Shown: positions 30,064 to 40,081 of the stretch, in pieces
How the letters are laid out: the number at the start of each line of letters is the position of its first letter
Numbering within the stretch: position 1 is the stretch's first letter
Notes under the pieces: model-generated
Seen by the model: only the letters and a program-made list of their open reading frames with translations
Told to the model about the DNA's origin: nothing
Databases searched by the model: none
Source: a virus
IMG/VR virus record: IMGVR_UViG_3300042923_000275
Coordinates: 4,059-68,058 of that record
Reading direction: 5' to 3' (one strand)
DNA: 64,000 nt
Made by a program: the position numbers and the translations under genes

Positions 30064-30624
30064 ATGATACTTGAGTTTTTTCACAGGACATGGAAGACTA
30101 TCTCAGATATCCAGATCGTGGCAACAGCTGTCACTATTGGAACCATAGGAACAGAAATATGCGGTAACAATTTCTGGGCGGTTTTATTGCTGGCGTATGC
30201 AGCTATATTCGTCGACACCATCACTAAATGGATATCAATATCTAAGAAATATTATGTTGATACCGCTGGATGTGATTTAATCGACGTTAGTTGGATTCAA
30301 GTAATTCACGGTATACTCGGTGAGGCATGGGGTCCGAAATATCTTGCTAGTAGATGTTTTAGTCGTATCATCGAAAAAATATTTACATATACCGTTCTTA
30401 TTACGTTGTGTTATGCGGCTGGAAAATGGTTGCCGACGCTCGATCTGTTCGGATTGAAATTCAGCCCATCTGCTGTATTTCCGGCATCAGCCAGTATAAG
30501 TGTGTTTCTTATTGAGATGTCTTCCATCAATGAAAATCTCAGGGAAATGGGTCAAACTGCGATATCAGATATGTTAACCAAAATAGTTGACTTCGTGATC
30601 AATAAAATAACATCTAAGATATAG
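30064..30624 (+). CDS. holin (putative)
   Basis: Several TM segments; DTITK, IEMSSINENL..MG; precedes the endolysin. Confidence 0.75.
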   Translation: MILEFFHRTWKTISDIQIVATAVTIGTIGTEICGNNFWAVLLLAYAAIFVDTITKWISISKKYYVDTAGCDLIDVSWIQVIHGILGEAWGPKYLASRCFSRIIEKIFTYTVLITLCYAAGKWLPTLDLFGLKFSPSAVFPASASISVFLIEMSSINENLREMGQTAISDMLTKIVDFVINKITSKI

Positions 30625-30637
30625 GAGGTGTGCAGAT

Positions 30638-31228
30638 TTGTTTAGCAAAATCAGCCTTAATGAATTGAGATCTATTGTAAAAGATGATATCAATAACCTA
30701 TATATCGCCGCAAGCGAATCGGCATATCATAGGCCGATGATATATTTACATTGGTCAGCTGGTCCATATGGGCTATTCTTTCGTGATTATGATATTAATA
30801 TAGATAGTGACGGAGAATATTACGTCCCCGATCTTGTACTATCTGACCATGATTCCCACACATGGCGTAGGAATGCTGGTGCCGTCGGAATATCATTTGC
30901 TGCATGTCAAGATGCCGTATGTTTAGCCGACGCATCTGGTCCGAACGATATCGATTTCGGAAAGTACCCACCAACCGTCGAGCAAATAGAAGCTATGTCT
31001 AAGTGTGTTGCTGTAATATGCTCAATACTCGGTATTCCTGTTACATATGAATACGTCCGCACACATGCCGAGCAGGCTATTGAGGATGGTTATGGCGTAG
31101 GTAGCGGAGACAGCGAGACGCGATGGGATTTGTTATTTCTTCCTCTCCCGGATGAAGGAGATAAGAGTGGTGGGGATATCATAAGAGGAAAGGCTAATTG
31201 GTATCTAAATAATGGACTGAACGTATAG
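30638..31228 (+). CDS. endolysin, amidase-like
   Basis: IYLHWSAG, HTWRRN..AVGI, PT.EQIE, RTHAE, RWDL. Confidence 0.75.
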   Translation: MFSKISLNELRSIVKDDINNLYIAASESAYHRPMIYLHWSAGPYGLFFRDYDINIDSDGEYYVPDLVLSDHDSHTWRRNAGAVGISFAACQDAVCLADASGPNDIDFGKYPPTVEQIEAMSKCVAVICSILGIPVTYEYVRTHAEQAIEDGYGVGSGDSETRWDLLFLPLPDEGDKSGGDIIRGKANWYLNNGLNV

Positions 31229-31375
31229 TGACGCGGTGCCGCCAACGATCGATGACGGCCTCGACGTACGGTCCGACGGCCTCGTCGTTCGTTATAGAGT
31301 GAGCGTCCGGTGCACTCGGACCGTTTGGTGTTATTTGAAGGTTGACGGGTAGAATAATAAAGGTGGTGTATAGAG

Positions 31376-31888
31376 ATGGAGTTGGAATGCATTTTCGTAA
31401 CGTCTGGTCGTCATCCCGAAACTGAAAAACTCATATGCAAGGCAACTGGTGGTATGTATAGCCATGCGGCGTGTCGTATTATGATTGAGGGCAAACCAAG
31501 GATTATAGAGGCGACAATGGACAGAGGTGTCCATATTTCTGATGGTTCTATATTCGACGATTGTGAGACCATACAGATTATACCGTTTCAAATAACAGAA
31601 GCACAGAGGTTAGCAATAATCGACAAGGCATTTGAACTCGTTGGAAAGCCATATGGCAGAGATGATTGCATTATCGGTGGAACTATGGATGTTCTAGGCG
31701 AAGGTCCGGCGTCAATTGCAGAACATATATTCGGAGATGACGGTACGGAGAACTGTAGTTCAACTCTAGCTCAGTTAATTCGTGTTCTGTTTCACGATTT
31801 CGCCATCAATATTCACTCGTCCAAACTGACACCAGAAGCTGTACGCTCTAGGGTCGAAATATTACATAGGGAGGCGCTTTGTCATTGA
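31376..31888 (+). CDS. permuted papain-like (YaeF/YiiX, C92) amidase
   Basis: YSHA, IIEA...GV, VGKPY, CSS in His-before-Cys order. Confidence 0.7.
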   Translation: MELECIFVTSGRHPETEKLICKATGGMYSHAACRIMIEGKPRIIEATMDRGVHISDGSIFDDCETIQIIPFQITEAQRLAIIDKAFELVGKPYGRDDCIIGGTMDVLGEGPASIAEHIFGDDGTENCSSTLAQLIRVLFHDFAINIHSSKLTPEAVRSRVEILHREALCH

Positions 31889-32313
31889 TAAGAAGACTAT
31901 GGGTATTCTTGCTTGTCTGCTCATTGTTGCTGTTGTCGTCTGGTATATGTTCGGCGCGGGAGTACATGATCACAGACCAAGAACTGACCAGATTGGAAAC
32001 TATATTTCAACAGCTGGAACTCAACAACAAGACGCGATTAGCGACCTCAGAGAAGGTCAAGCAGGACTTAAAATCTCAGAGGATTCAGCTGGAAGAATAT
32101 CAAAAGGAATTGGAGGAATTGCGCACTCAATTGAGAAAATCGAGTCTGAAATCGGATCAGGCGATGATAAAACTAGAGATGACGCAAGTCTTATTGAAGA
32201 ATGCCAACGAATCGCTAGACAAATTAGAGCGAGAGATGAGATCAAAGAATAGGAAGTTAACATTCCAACGAGATTTTCTATTTGCTGGTCTGATTTGGGC
32301 GTTGGTGAAATAA
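31879..32313 (+). CDS. signal-peptide coiled-coil protein (spanin-like, outer gene)
   Basis: Hydrophobic N-terminus, long heptad region, hydrophobic C-terminus. Confidence 0.55.
   Translation: MSLIRRLWVFLLVCSLLLLSSGICSAREYMITDQELTRLETIFQQLELNNKTRLATSEKVKQDLKSQRIQLEEYQKELEELRTQLRKSSLKSDQAMIKLEMTQVLLKNANESLDKLEREMRSKNRKLTFQRDFLFAGLIWALVK
31899..32252 (+). CDS. TM-anchored coiled-coil protein nested in the preceding gene (spanin-like)
   Basis: 117-aa same-strand ORF in another frame, with an N-terminal TM helix. Confidence 0.5.
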   Translation: MGILACLLIVAVVVWYMFGAGVHDHRPRTDQIGNYISTAGTQQQDAISDLREGQAGLKISEDSAGRISKGIGGIAHSIEKIESEIGSGDDKTRDDASLIEECQRIARQIRARDEIKE

Positions 32314-32321
32314 TAAATTAG

Positions 32322-32354
32322 GACCCCAAGGTTCTATTCGCCTTGGGGTTTTTT
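32322..32354 (+). terminator. intrinsic terminator of the late operon
   Basis: ACCCCAAGG/CCTTGGGGT stem followed by a T-run, at a convergent junction. Confidence 0.75.
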
Positions 32355-32849
32355 CATATTCGTTAGCTTCTCAAATTTCTTGCCTACCCTACTCATTATG
32401 TTATTTACTCTACCATGGTGGATACCTAGCATGTCGGCGACATCTCTATATGAGAATGCTTTATCTTTAATTAATAGGAATACCTCCTTCTCTCGTGGTG
32501 ATAACACTGCTAAATATTCCTTTATTATCTCATTGTCCTCAGGATCATGGTCATCTCTCCTATGTAGAAAGTCGCACGAGCATCCAAATATCCTACTCAT
32601 CATGTCTGGTTCCATCAGAATTTCGCGTTGTTCTGTGGCCCATTTGGTAACTTTATGTATTCTATCTGGATATTTCCTTTGCTCTATATATCGTATGATG
32701 AAGCCAATATCTTGAAGCATTGTATTAATATGGCATAGGTCGTAATTTTCTTCAGGTGATCGTCGGTTCTCCGGTATTCCCTGTATTCGATCTCTGGCTG
32801 CCTCGACTATTCTATGCGTTCTTCTGTACTGACGTAGTAATTCTTTCAT
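32334..32849 (-). CDS. Xpf-like phage sigma factor / late positive regulator
   Basis: MKELL.QYRRT N-terminus and LSPREKEVFLL....FSY..VA.MLG region 4, as in PBSX Xpf. Confidence 0.75.
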   Translation of the reverse strand: MKELLRQYRRTHRIVEAARDRIQGIPENRRSPEENYDLCHINTMLQDIGFIIRYIEQRKYPDRIHKVTKWATEQREILMEPDMMSRIFGCSCDFLHRRDDHDPEDNEIIKEYLAVLSPREKEVFLLIKDKAFSYRDVADMLGIHHGRVNNIMSRVGKKFEKLTNMKKPQGE

Positions 32850-33085
32850 TCTCTACCACTTCCTTCAGTACGTTCGTCACCTTGTTCATCCTTGCGTCCA
32901 ATTCCTCCATTTCCATGCTGTCGGCCTTGCCTTCAAGTATTAGTTGTTGCTTCCTTGCCAGTAGTCTGTTGAATAGCATCATTGGCATTGTTGATCATAC
33001 CTCCACTCACTATGTTGGTTACTCTACCTCCAAATATCTCTATGATATATCTCACACACGGTTTATCCCATATAAGCATCTCAAA

Positions 33086-35662
33086 TCACCATCCATACGA
33101 TATTTTATTGGTTCCTATAAATGCTTCCACGGCTGACACAAACGATGTTGTTACCGATATCATACATTGTGTCATTATCTCTACTTCCTCCTCTCCTGTG
33201 TGTACCAATATGTTCACTACTGTATTTCCTGTGCTACATTCACATTCGTGTTTGAGTGCGGCCAATGTCATCAGGTGTGGTGTTAATCCTAGATCGATCA
33301 ATACGGATCTACAGTATACGTTATTTCTTTCTATCACGGCTATGTCAGACATTACCAATCCCGTTTTACCCATATATTCGTTATACCTTCCTTTAATTAC
33401 CACCATCTTTCCTTCTGCGTTCTTAATGATGCTATCGTACTGCCTAAATACGTCGCTAAACACGGTGCAATCGAAGCTAGTGTTCTCTGATTCTACGGTA
33501 ATGAACGCCATCTGTCCTTTCTTCGACTGTTGTACACGTACCGTTTTTAGGATGCCAGCGATGCCCTTATCGTAATCGCCGAATTGATCGAATCGAGTAG
33601 TCGCGCCGAATCTACGAATATGTTCATCGGCTGTACTGAATGGCGTGCCGGATACATAGAAATTCAATAACTCTTTCTCGTGTTGGATCTTGTCCTCTTG
33701 ACACATAGGTTTGATGATATCTGGTTGTATATACTTCTTATTATATCTCGATTCCAACTCATCTATGAGGTATGCTCTATCATCAAATATGTCAAATGCC
33801 CCAGATAATATTAGTGTCTTCTTCGCCGCTGAGTTACACTCCTTGGGAGCCATACGGTCGCAAAAATCCTCGAAACTCCTAAAGTAGCCACTCGCATTTC
33901 TTTCCTTAATAATTGCCTGTACCGTCTTTCCGCCTATGCCCTTGATACCAGTGAGACCAAACCGCACTGCGAAGTTATCAACCTGGAACCCAGTATAACT
34001 GTAGTTTATATGTGGCGGTAATAGTGGTATTCCCAATGATTTGATCTCGCCTATCACGTTTGCCAGTTTATCATTTGTGTCTAAGAATGAGTTCGCCTCG
34101 GCGGACATATATTCCATTGGATAATAACACTTCAGATATGCGGTACGATATGTAATGAGTGCATATGCCGTACTATGTGATTTGTTGAAGCCGTATCGTG
34201 CGAATGTCTCTATCTGGTGCGCTACGTCCTCCACGATCGACTTATCGTATCTCTTCTCAATAGCCCTATCTATGAATTTCCCTTTCTCCTTTGCCATTAG
34301 ATCCTTGTCTTTTTTACCCATTGCCTTTCTCAGTTTGTCTGCTTCTGCGGCTGAATATCCAGCCATCACCATCGATATTCTCATGACCTGTTCCTGATAT
34401 AGTATTACTCCCCATGTGGGTTTCAATATTAGCTCCAGATCAGGATGTTGGTAAGTAACCACCTCACGGCCTAACTTGCGGTCGATATATATCTTATCCA
34501 TCTTCGCATCTAATGGGCCGGGACGATATAGAGCCAATAATGCAATTATATCATTGAATGATGATATGTGCATCCTCTTTACTACCGATGTGATACCCTG
34601 ACCCTCTAATTGAAATACCGATCTGGTCTTACCATTTCTAAGCATCTTATATACGTTAGGATCTTCTAGATTTATATCCTGTATAGTGAAATTTGGTTCA
34701 TGTTTCCTTATTGTCTTGACAGTCTCTGCTATTACTGATAGTGTACGCAAACCTAGTATGTCCATTTTTAGTAATCCAGCTTCTTCTGCATCATGTTTGT
34801 CTAGCTGAACAGTCATATGTGATGAGTCTACTTCTGCGGCATCTTTCTTTCCTTTGGCGAACAACGGTACCAGAGTAGCCACTGGGACATCGCAGATTAT
34901 GACACCTGCGGCATGCTTCGATTCATTACGGTGCAATCCCTCTAGTTTCAGACATGTTTCCCAGAATCTTGGGTAACGCGAATTGATGTTGTCTACCAAT
35001 TTACGGAAATCTGCGTATTGCTCGTAGATATCGGTGATAGTGGTATCGTCATCCTCCTCCTCTTCATTAGGAGTGACATCCTTTATGCGGTTTACTTCAT
35101 CCCACCCTATCTTCATTACTTTTCCGACGTTCTCTAGCAATGAATTGCGTTTCAGAGTACCGTATGTCATAATCTGTGCCACGTAATCAGAACCATATCT
35201 CTGGATTATGTAATCGACTACTTCTCCTCTGCGGTACTGACAGAAGTCAATATCAACATCAGGCATCTCTGGGCGCTCAGGATTCAGAAAACGCTCGAAG
35301 ATCAGGTCATATTCTAGAGGGTCAAATTCCGTTATTCCTAAACAGTATGCCACCACCGCACCGCCAGCAGAGCCACGTCCAGGACCGACTGGTATATCAC
35401 GGAGCCTAGCGGCATTGATCAGGTCCCATACGATCAGAAAATACGAACTGAAGCCCATGTCGTCTATGACTTTTAGCTCGTAGTCTATCTTATCTCTTAG
35501 TTGGGTAGTTATTGTACCATATAATCTTGATGCCCCCTTGTATGTGAGGTATCTTAGATAATTCGTCGGATTGTGCATACTTCCCATATCACCAGTAGGT
35601 ACTTGAGAGATGTTACAACACACATCCTTGGCGTCCTGTTGTTGTAAGTATGTCTCACTCAT
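33086..35662 (-). CDS. dnaE: DNA polymerase III alpha (DnaE), catalytic/C-terminal part
   Basis: GPGRGSAGG, FERFLNPER..MPDVDIDF, KMDILGL, YQEQVM, FNKSH, OB fold. Confidence 0.92.
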   Translation of the reverse strand: MSETYLQQQDAKDVCCNISQVPTGDMGSMHNPTNYLRYLTYKGASRLYGTITTQLRDKIDYELKVIDDMGFSSYFLIVWDLINAARLRDIPVGPGRGSAGGAVVAYCLGITEFDPLEYDLIFERFLNPERPEMPDVDIDFCQYRRGEVVDYIIQRYGSDYVAQIMTYGTLKRNSLLENVGKVMKIGWDEVNRIKDVTPNEEEEDDDTTITDIYEQYADFRKLVDNINSRYPRFWETCLKLEGLHRNESKHAAGVIICDVPVATLVPLFAKGKKDAAEVDSSHMTVQLDKHDAEEAGLLKMDILGLRTLSVIAETVKTIRKHEPNFTIQDINLEDPNVYKMLRNGKTRSVFQLEGQGITSVVKRMHISSFNDIIALLALYRPGPLDAKMDKIYIDRKLGREVVTYQHPDLELILKPTWGVILYQEQVMRISMVMAGYSAAEADKLRKAMGKKDKDLMAKEKGKFIDRAIEKRYDKSIVEDVAHQIETFARYGFNKSHSTAYALITYRTAYLKCYYPMEYMSAEANSFLDTNDKLANVIGEIKSLGIPLLPPHINYSYTGFQVDNFAVRFGLTGIKGIGGKTVQAIIKERNASGYFRSFEDFCDRMAPKECNSAAKKTLILSGAFDIFDDRAYLIDELESRYNKKYIQPDIIKPMCQEDKIQHEKELLNFYVSGTPFSTADEHIRRFGATTRFDQFGDYDKGIAGILKTVRVQQSKKGQMAFITVESENTSFDCTVFSDVFRQYDSIIKNAEGKMVVIKGRYNEYMGKTGLVMSDIAVIERNNVYCRSVLIDLGLTPHLMTLAALKHECECSTGNTVVNILVHTGEEEVEIMTQCMISVTTSFVSAVEAFIGTNKISYGW

Positions 35663-36582
35663 ATTGCCGCTCCGTTCCGCTGGTTGATTAGCCAAGCGTT
35701 GAAATCATTATCGTCCGTCGGTATCTGGAATTTAGGTAGTCTGATGTTTCCGTATTCTATTATATCGTCATCGCAACTGTCGACTATATGCTGAGTATTC
35801 GATAAATATTCCGGTTTGTAAATCATAGACATTTCCTCTGTGGTTAATAGATGGTAATTCGTACCATCAAACTTGAATTTCCGTGGGTCTACCAGATTCT
35901 GACCTGTACCGATACACAATGCTACATCGTGAGCAAATGCATCCTCAGCGTTCAGGTAGTGAGAATCCTGTGTCGCAATGATTGGTATACCATAGTGCTT
36001 AGAGAAATATTCATATATGTCAGATACCATTTTCTCCTGTGGTAGGTCGTGATTCTGCACCTCTAGGTAGAAATCACTACCAAATCTCGATGCATATTTC
36101 TCTATAACCGCCTTACATCCATCTATATCCTCTTTGAATATAAGATTCGCAAATTTACTACCTATACATGCCGTGGTTACTATGATGTTATTACCGTCCA
36201 TTCCGAATAGTAACTCTTCGTCTATGCGCGGCTTGTAGTAAAATCCCTCTTTGAATCCTAATGAACACATCTTAATTAGTTGCTCATATCCCCTACGATT
36301 CTTGGCAAGAACTATCAGGTGATGATATACTGATTCACCCTTCTTCGATGTCTTATCGCTCATACTAATCGGTGCCACATAGAACTCACAGCCGATAATA
36401 TGTTTGATACCAGCTTCTCTACATTCCTTATTAACCTTCACTAGAGAATACATGTTACCATGTTCGGTTACAGCTACTGCTTTGTGCCCTATAGATTTGA
36501 GTTTATTTACCATTTCCTCTACCTTTATTGCTCCATCGAGCAGACTGTAGGTAGTATGTACGTGCAAATGCGAAAAATTCAT
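35659..36582 (-). CDS. dnaE: DnaE N-terminal PHP domain encoded as a separate ORF
   Basis: HLHVHT.YSLLDG, TEHG, GCE, KPRID, DSHY. Confidence 0.9.
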   Translation of the reverse strand: MNFSHLHVHTTYSLLDGAIKVEEMVNKLKSIGHKAVAVTEHGNMYSLVKVNKECREAGIKHIIGCEFYVAPISMSDKTSKKGESVYHHLIVLAKNRRGYEQLIKMCSLGFKEGFYYKPRIDEELLFGMDGNNIIVTTACIGSKFANLIFKEDIDGCKAVIEKYASRFGSDFYLEVQNHDLPQEKMVSDIYEYFSKHYGIPIIATQDSHYLNAEDAFAHDVALCIGTGQNLVDPRKFKFDGTNYHLLTTEEMSMIYKPEYLSNTQHIVDSCDDDIIEYGNIRLPKFQIPTDDNDFNAWLINQRNGAAI

Positions 36583-36660
36583 TCCTCTCCACCTCCTGTA
36601 TAAATATAGTAAGTGCGCCGCTCGGACGCTAAATCCAAACGGCGCACTCAGAACGGTTGC

Positions 36661-37236
36661 TTATTTACCCGACGAACCAAATCCGGTGTCACCACGTTCC
36701 GATTTACTCAGTTCATCTACCTCTTCGATTGGCGGTACACATCTGAAATGAAATATCACTTGCGCGTATCTCTCTCCTGCGATAATCCGTATAGGGACCT
36801 CACCGAGGTTAATCATAACGGCCTTCAGTTCACCACGGTATCCGGTATCGATCGTACCAGTAACGACGTGGAATTTCGGCATGTTTGATTCATCGTTGGC
36901 AAATTTCCTCAGGCGTAGTTTCAGTTTCTCCCATAGGCTATATCGGTTGATCATCGCCCTTAATTCATTATCTTCCCATCTAGATGCACTCGATCTACCC
37001 TCTATAGTAGCCCACAGGTGTTCAGGTATTTCTAATGAGATACCGGTCGATACAGTGCGTCTCTCACCCGGCATTATGATCATATCTTCGGTACACGGTA
37101 GATCGTATCCTACGTCACCGTCTTTCTTGATCTTGATCAGATCATATATTTTGGCCTTCTCGTCCCTCTTCACCTTTACTGGCTTTGCGTTTACTAGCTG
37201 ATACAATGCCTGTATCATTAGTGAGGAATTATCCAT
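36661..37236 (-). CDS. dut: trimeric dUTPase with an insertion
   Basis: GYDL, GRSS, GTIDTGYRGE, ERYAQ, RGDTGFGSSG. Confidence 0.9.
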   Translation of the reverse strand: MDNSSLMIQALYQLVNAKPVKVKRDEKAKIYDLIKIKKDGDVGYDLPCTEDMIIMPGERRTVSTGISLEIPEHLWATIEGRSSASRWEDNELRAMINRYSLWEKLKLRLRKFANDESNMPKFHVVTGTIDTGYRGELKAVMINLGEVPIRIIAGERYAQVIFHFRCVPPIEEVDELSKSERGDTGFGSSGK

Positions 37237-37238
37237 CG

Positions 37239-39122
37239 TTACTTGCCTCCGATATTCTTAAATTTTCTATATACGAAGTCTAATGTACGCCGTGCCTCAC
37301 TCCACTTCGATACCATACTGAAATACCCAATGATTCGTGTAACCCAATCCTGGATTTCGGCTCCGCATTCGGCGCAGGTACCATCATTGCCGACCATAGA
37401 CGAGTGTCCGTTGGCGCAGATACCGAATCCAAAATTGACACCGAGATGTTCGACACCGACTGATGCATGAAACTCAATCATATGTAGCATCTGTGTCTCG
37501 GACATCTTATCCTTGATATTCTGGTGCAATATTCCGCCACCAGATAGCATACTCATAAACTTCCCGGTTAGTACTGCCCTTTTGGTAATCGTGGCATCGA
37601 CAATTAGTGGTATGTATTGATTACTATATAGGTCGTATTTCATTCCATATAGGATTCTGTCGGCCCTTGCCAGCGTAACACACGCACTTTCTCCAGGGAT
37701 TTCTTCGACATTGAAGCTATATCCACTGCGGTTGCTGAACATCGTGGCCTTCATCTCGATGAATTCTAATACCCTAGTGGTAAATTGTTCACCGTCCGGT
37801 GTGAGTATATTATGTCCCATCAGTTCACACATTTCATAGATTCCGGTGATGCCGATGGTGGAAAACAACTGGTTGATGTTGAACCATTCTACTGGCTTAC
37901 TGAAGAATGTTAGGAATCCCTGTCGGATACGACGCGCCAATATTCCATCACGATGAACCATTAACAATTTGTAGCATACTTCCAGCTGGTCACTTAACGC
38001 CATGAAGAACACATCATCACATTTATCCGATAGATGTGCGATTCGTGGCAAATTGAGTGTCACTACGCGGTGTGAACCGATATTCATTCCACCATTACCA
38101 AATGAGTCGGCCCTGAACTTCATCTGCTCAAAGCTACTAGAATATCTACAGCATGTGGCTAATTTCGCGCCATCATTGATGTAAATATTAAAGCAACCCT
38201 TCTTGGCATTGTTCATCGCCGTCCACGACAGAAATTCGCGGTCCATGATTCTTCTATCTTCGTCCACCATGAGATTAATAGTCATGACCGGGAACCTATA
38301 TGGTAGGCCAGTTCTCGGATCTCCGCTTGAGAACCATTCGCCTATGATCTGTTGTACGTGCATTATGTATTCAAGATCGGCCTTCTCGTCGTTAGGCCAA
38401 TACTTATCTCCGAACAACTTCTCCAAGTTGTATTTATCGAAGAGGCTGACATTAGTAAATGGTGATTCACCACTTCTGAATGGTTTGTTCATTGAGTGGA
38501 CGAATCCCTGGAACAGGTTAACTATCTCTTTATCTGACAATGATTCCTGTTTGGCGAAGTACGCTAGGTTGATTAACATATCCGATGGTACGGTAGCACC
38601 AGCAAATTCTTGAGACATCTTATGGGTACATTCCTTGACTTGCTCCATGAAACTCTTTGCTGTCTTCGGTGGTAAATCGTGTAATTGCCCATATGGATTA
38701 CCGGATTGCATGATCATGTCCGTAGAGAATGCCCAACAATATGGTACCTGGATCTTAATGCCTGACGGATCATGGAATTTCACATCGCCCGACCAGATAC
38801 TATACATCAATTCCGTTGCAGTAGCCTCACCATACATCTTCTTTGCATATCTCCACAACAGATAATACCCTTCAGCCTTCATGACTCCCTTTGCTATTTC
38901 CGATGCGTATACAGCTGGTGATTTGTATTCGTTGGAATTTGCATTGGCATCGACAGTCATATCAGATATGTTCGACCGGAAGAAGCTGTGTGACATAGCA
39001 CCTATGTCCATCTTGTCTCTAGATATTCCCTCTAGAGATAATAGTTGTTTACCTGCTGGTGTGGCCTCAAATGCGTCATACGCTCTGTCAAACCCTGGTT
39101 CAAATGTGAGAGTTATATCCAT
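37239..39122 (-). CDS. nrdD: anaerobic (class III) ribonucleotide reductase
   Basis: TCCR finger loop, GSHRVVTLNLPR, EEIPGES, CxxxH...CxxC, TRIIGYF glycyl loop. Confidence 0.92.
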   Translation of the reverse strand: MDITLTFEPGFDRAYDAFEATPAGKQLLSLEGISRDKMDIGAMSHSFFRSNISDMTVDANANSNEYKSPAVYASEIAKGVMKAEGYYLLWRYAKKMYGEATATELMYSIWSGDVKFHDPSGIKIQVPYCWAFSTDMIMQSGNPYGQLHDLPPKTAKSFMEQVKECTHKMSQEFAGATVPSDMLINLAYFAKQESLSDKEIVNLFQGFVHSMNKPFRSGESPFTNVSLFDKYNLEKLFGDKYWPNDEKADLEYIMHVQQIIGEWFSSGDPRTGLPYRFPVMTINLMVDEDRRIMDREFLSWTAMNNAKKGCFNIYINDGAKLATCCRYSSSFEQMKFRADSFGNGGMNIGSHRVVTLNLPRIAHLSDKCDDVFFMALSDQLEVCYKLLMVHRDGILARRIRQGFLTFFSKPVEWFNINQLFSTIGITGIYEMCELMGHNILTPDGEQFTTRVLEFIEMKATMFSNRSGYSFNVEEIPGESACVTLARADRILYGMKYDLYSNQYIPLIVDATITKRAVLTGKFMSMLSGGGILHQNIKDKMSETQMLHMIEFHASVGVEHLGVNFGFGICANGHSSMVGNDGTCAECGAEIQDWVTRIIGYFSMVSKWSEARRTLDFVYRKFKNIGGK

Positions 39123-39565
39123 TTACCGTCATCCCCCTTGACATAATACTTCTGATTGCTAGACGCTAAAGGTCCCTCCTTTTTTCTTAACTTATCAATA
39201 TATGCGCCTGTTTTGATTACATCGCACACATTTTTCACTTTATTTGGTATTTGACTTATGGTACTACCTGTATATAGCCACACCTTTTTATTGGTATCCT
39301 TTGCCGCTTGAGCTATTTCTATCAACGCATCTACTTGTTCCATAGGCTCTCCACCTGTTAATACCACGCACGTCGCGACCTCATTCCTGAACATGTCTGC
39401 TATGACGAAATTGACATCGACCTCAGTGCCACTATCCTTTGGTTGTAATGATTCGTTATGGCACCCAGTACATCCTCTACTACATCCAGCAAAGAAAATT
39501 GTGTGGGCCACATTATCTGGCCCACCATTTATCATATCACAATCGTCTATACCACCTATGCGCAT
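39113..39565 (-). CDS. nrdG: class III RNR activating radical-SAM protein
   Basis: GCSRGCTGCHN, TGGEP, WLYTG, SSNQ. Confidence 0.92.
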   Translation of the reverse strand: MRIGGIDDCDMINGGPDNVAHTIFFAGCSRGCTGCHNESLQPKDSGTEVDVNFVIADMFRNEVATCVVLTGGEPMEQVDALIEIAQAAKDTNKKVWLYTGSTISQIPNKVKNVCDVIKTGAYIDKLRKKEGPLASSNQKYYVKGDDGKWI

Positions 39566-40081
39566 TTATATACCCCCATACACATTACATAGATTCACTA
39601 TTGACTTTGCCATAGATTCAGATGTACTCGCGTGTCTCACTATAATATTATAGTTGAGGAAACCACGCAGGGCCAACTCTACTATCCTATGCGTATCGGT
39701 GTAGTAGTCGTTCAACCTATGTAATATTATATCGATACTATCATCTGCCCGTCCACGATCCGATAGTCGTGATATCGACACGTCGCTGTTGACAACTAAA
39801 CAAAATATATCACATTTTCCTACCCAATGCGACAACAGTATCGCCTGTTCTATCGTCCTCGGAAATCCGTCCAGCACGAAACCATTAGGCGAGTGATTAT
39901 CAATGGCACTTTTTATTTGCCGTCGCATTGCAGATTCGTCAGCCATCCGACCGATCGGGGTATTCAGTGATCTTGAGATATCTCCCGACGATATATATGA
40001 TAGGCCGCACTCATTTGCTATTATTTTGCCAACGGTGCTCTTCCCGGAACCGGGAGGACCAACCAATACTATCTTCATCAT
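39566..40081 (-). CDS. adk: adenylate-kinase-like NMP kinase
   Basis: GPPGSGKST, SSGD, LDGFPRT..QA, RGRADD. Confidence 0.85.
   Translation of the reverse strand: MMKIVLVGPPGSGKSTVGKIIANECGLSYISSGDISRSLNTPIGRMADESAMRRQIKSAIDNHSPNGFVLDGFPRTIEQAILLSHWVGKCDIFCLVVNSDVSISRLSDRGRADDSIDIILHRLNDYYTDTHRIVELALRGFLNYNIIVRHASTSESMAKSIVNLCNVYGGI

Noticed and set aside
35560-35760. Split intein or intron at the dnaE junction
   Set aside because: No Cys/Ser-start or His-Asn-end intein motifs, no intervening sequence, and a clean ATGA coupling.
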